Below, one piece after another: positions 61,469 through 64,000 of a stretch of DNA of 64,000 bases. Every line of letters starts with the position of its first letter. The stretch's first letter is position 1. The stretch comes from Felis catus. Lineage: Eukaryota. The stretch covers positions 126,048,001 through 126,112,000 of the forward strand of contig NC_058368.1 of the NCBI RefSeq assembly GCF_018350175.1, read 5' to 3'. Made by a program: the position numbers and the translations under genes. A model generated the notes under the pieces. That model saw only the letters and a list, made by a program, of their open reading frames with translations. It searched no databases and had not been told where the DNA came from.

Positions 61469-63114
61469 TAGTGAACTAAATGGTAACTGAAGAAATCTTT
61501 GGCTGGATGGCTAGTATCACGTGAAGGAATAATTCACAGACACTGACACCCTGACCCTCCCCTTTTCAAGAGCTAAGTCGGGGAGACTCCTTAGGGCCAA
61601 AAAGCACTGCTACACCAGATCAGAAGGTGATTGCTAGCTGTTTTAAACCCCAGTAAGACCTGTGTTGGACAGACTAGAAGATTCAAGGCTCCAAACCATT
61701 CTTTGTATTTGTTTCCCTCTTGCAAGAGTCCTCTTGTTTACACATTAAGTTCATAAGATGTAAGGCAAATAACGGTGCCTTAAGAGTAAGGGTTCAAACC
61801 CAAGATAGAAAGAGGCACTTAAAGAAAGGAGCAGAGGCTATGGAATTACAAACGCTTTGCGCAGAATTTGGAAATCCCTAGGCAAACATGGAGTTCCCAG
61901 AAGTTTCTACTGGAAAGTGGTCGTAGTGCCTCCTTGCCTTTTATCTTATCTGTGAGACAAAAGATGGTGCTAGAATTCCACCCCAGGGCTATCTCCAGCA
62001 GTTCTTTCTGAACAACGTCTTTGTCTTCCTGTGGATCAGCTACTACCATCTTTGGAGCGTGGTGTGTTAGGGTATTTGTTCTCCCTTACAATCTGTTACT
62101 TGCCTGAGGAAGGGGAGTTTTAGAGTCTCTGTCTGAGGGATGTTTATTAGCATGTGACATAGGATTTTAATTTGACACCCCAAGGAAAAAGAATCTTAGG
62201 TTGGAAACGCTAAGCCTCTTCTTATAAAACCATTTCCTAATACAAAGATAGCATCTCCTCTGCTTCTTTGCTGATTTTTAGATAAAAAGTTAAGTGTAAA
62301 ATATAGATGCCTTCAAGTCTGACTCCATTTTCATCTTAGCGCAGCACTGATTTTCCTGGCTTGAGCAAATTGGACCACTGGGTTACTCTTGACTGTTAGT
62401 CCCAGACCCCAAATCATAAAATGTAGTTTCCCTTACACCTTTCTCCTTTGACTCAAATTTCTCTTTAATTAACATAATGAATTTCTAATCATACTTTCAG
62501 TGCACAAGTTCAAGAGGCAGATGTTTGCAAAATGCAGTATTGCCACTGTTTCAGAAGCTCCCTGGTGGTGTTGCTTCCCTCCTCAACCCTCTGGTGACAT
62601 GTGGATGCAACCTTGTGGTGTGCGCATGCACCCCATACACTTGTGTGCGTGCACGTGTGCATGTGTGCAACAACAAGTGGCAAAACTGGAAGCTGCCAAA
62701 TAAAATGTGTGGGTGTATTTGGGGTCTTGGGGATGGCCGTCCTAGAGATACAGATTTGACTGAAACGGAAAGCATGACCCAGAGAAACAAAGGTTAGAGT
62801 TTTTAAAGAGGAGAGAGGGAATTTGCATAAGTTGTTTTGAGTGAAATGGGATTGGTGCTGGTATAGGTACAGTAACACTGATCTGTATGCAATTTTTGCT
62901 AGTAATAGGACAAGCCATTTATGACCACTTAACATATAGCAGATTCCTTGGCTTTTAGCTGAGTTCAACACAAATTCTGAGAATTTGAGATAGAAGCAGA
63001 ACATAAGCCCCACTTCCTCTGTGTCCTCCCAGCTCCATTTGAAATAACACTCTTAGCAATCAATACTTATTCCATTTTATTCTCTCCCATATCATGCGTG
63101 CATATGCTAGTGCC

Positions 63115-63116
<2 letters not shown>

Positions 63117-63158
<42 letters not shown>
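63117..63158. repeat. (TG)21 microsatellite
   Basis: Directly visible. Confidence 0.98.
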
Positions 63159-63160
<2 letters not shown>

Positions 63161-63899
63161 TGGGGCTTGAGGAGTAAAGGGCTACTATTTGTTTCCCAGA
63201 GCAATATCAGTTCTTAAGTTTATGCAATATCTATTTTCCTTTCTCAATTTAGTTATTTCATTATTTGGACTTGTAAAATAATTTTAATATTTACTCAAAG
63301 CATATGACTTATCACTAGCCCTTACATACTTGAGAAATAGGGGTGATTATGAAGGAAAGGAAGGGAACAAAAGCTATCAGATTTTAAGCTCAAGGTCAAG
63401 ATAAATTCAGAAAAGACAGGTAAACATCAAGGAACTTTCCCACCAAAGAGGCCAATATTGTTGAGCATATCAAATTTCATAAGGCTTCTTATTTCATAAA
63501 ATAAATAAATATTATTTATTAGAAACAATAATTTAAGATGAGATTTTGCTCTTAAATATCATAATTTCATCTTTAAAAAATTTCTCCAAAAGTGTCAGCT
63601 ATTTTATAAATTGATATATAGTTTTTCATTTTTTAAAATTCCAATTTATTTGGTTTTAAAAAATAAATCCTCCACACCCATGGTAACCTGTCTTTTATCA
63701 CCATCAAATATAAGGACTCATTATTTTACAGTGGAGAAATTTAGAGCATTTTGCAGCATTTTACTATACTATTCTTGGGCTGACCAAACTATAGAGTAGG
63801 TCTTTGTATATAGACACATTCCGGTAAGAAAGACAACTGAAAAGTAGAGGAAAAGAAATGCTAGGTATAAAGCTTAGCTACATTTTAAAAAATTGTATC

Positions 63900-64000
63900 A
63901 GGATGCCTGGAGGCTCAGTTGGTTAAGCATCCGACTTTGGCTCAGGTCATGATCTCGCAGTTTGTGAGTTTGAGCCCCGCGTTGGGGCTGTCTGCTGTCA
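63900..64000 (+). mobile_element. Can-SINE, cut by the window edge
   Basis: GGCTCAGTTGGTTAAGCATCCGACTTTGGCTCAGGTCATGATCTC. Confidence 0.92.

Noticed and set aside
61846..62049. 67-aa ORF with a protein-like N-terminus (MVVADPQEDKDVVQKELLE)
   Set aside because: No recognisable family, no clear splice context and no poly(A)/TSD to suggest a retrocopy. A tBLASTn search would settle it.
62510..63013. 167-aa ORF, the longest non-L1 ORF
   Set aside because: Random-like composition partly from TG/CA-rich sequence, and no recognisable homology.

Overview
This is AT-rich mammalian genomic DNA from a feliform carnivore, most likely a cat-family species, judged by SINEC_Fc-type Can-SINEs and a felid-type L1 5' UTR. 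It looks intergenic or deep-intronic: I found no convincing host exon, CpG island, RNA gene or prokaryotic system. The only ORFs resembling known proteins are broken L1 ORF2 fragments. Much of the window is interspersed repeat: about 20 Can-SINEs, young and old L1s, L2, MIR, MLT1 LTRs and hAT/Tigger MITEs. Subfamily names come from my recall of consensus sequences, and boundaries of old repeats are approximate. The most unusual structures are: (1) a 74-bp near-perfect palindrome at 53944-54017; (2) an L1-mediated 3' transduction with target-site duplications (TSDs) at 36974-37264; (3) a young L1 whose 5' UTR is fused directly to mid-ORF2 and which carries a 21-bp self-templated insertion; (4) an ancient inverted copy of an L2 segment inside a MIR; (5) a pair of strong RFX X-box motifs in unique sequence. 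I cannot support a claim of a new biological system; these are mechanistic curiosities and candidate regulatory sites.
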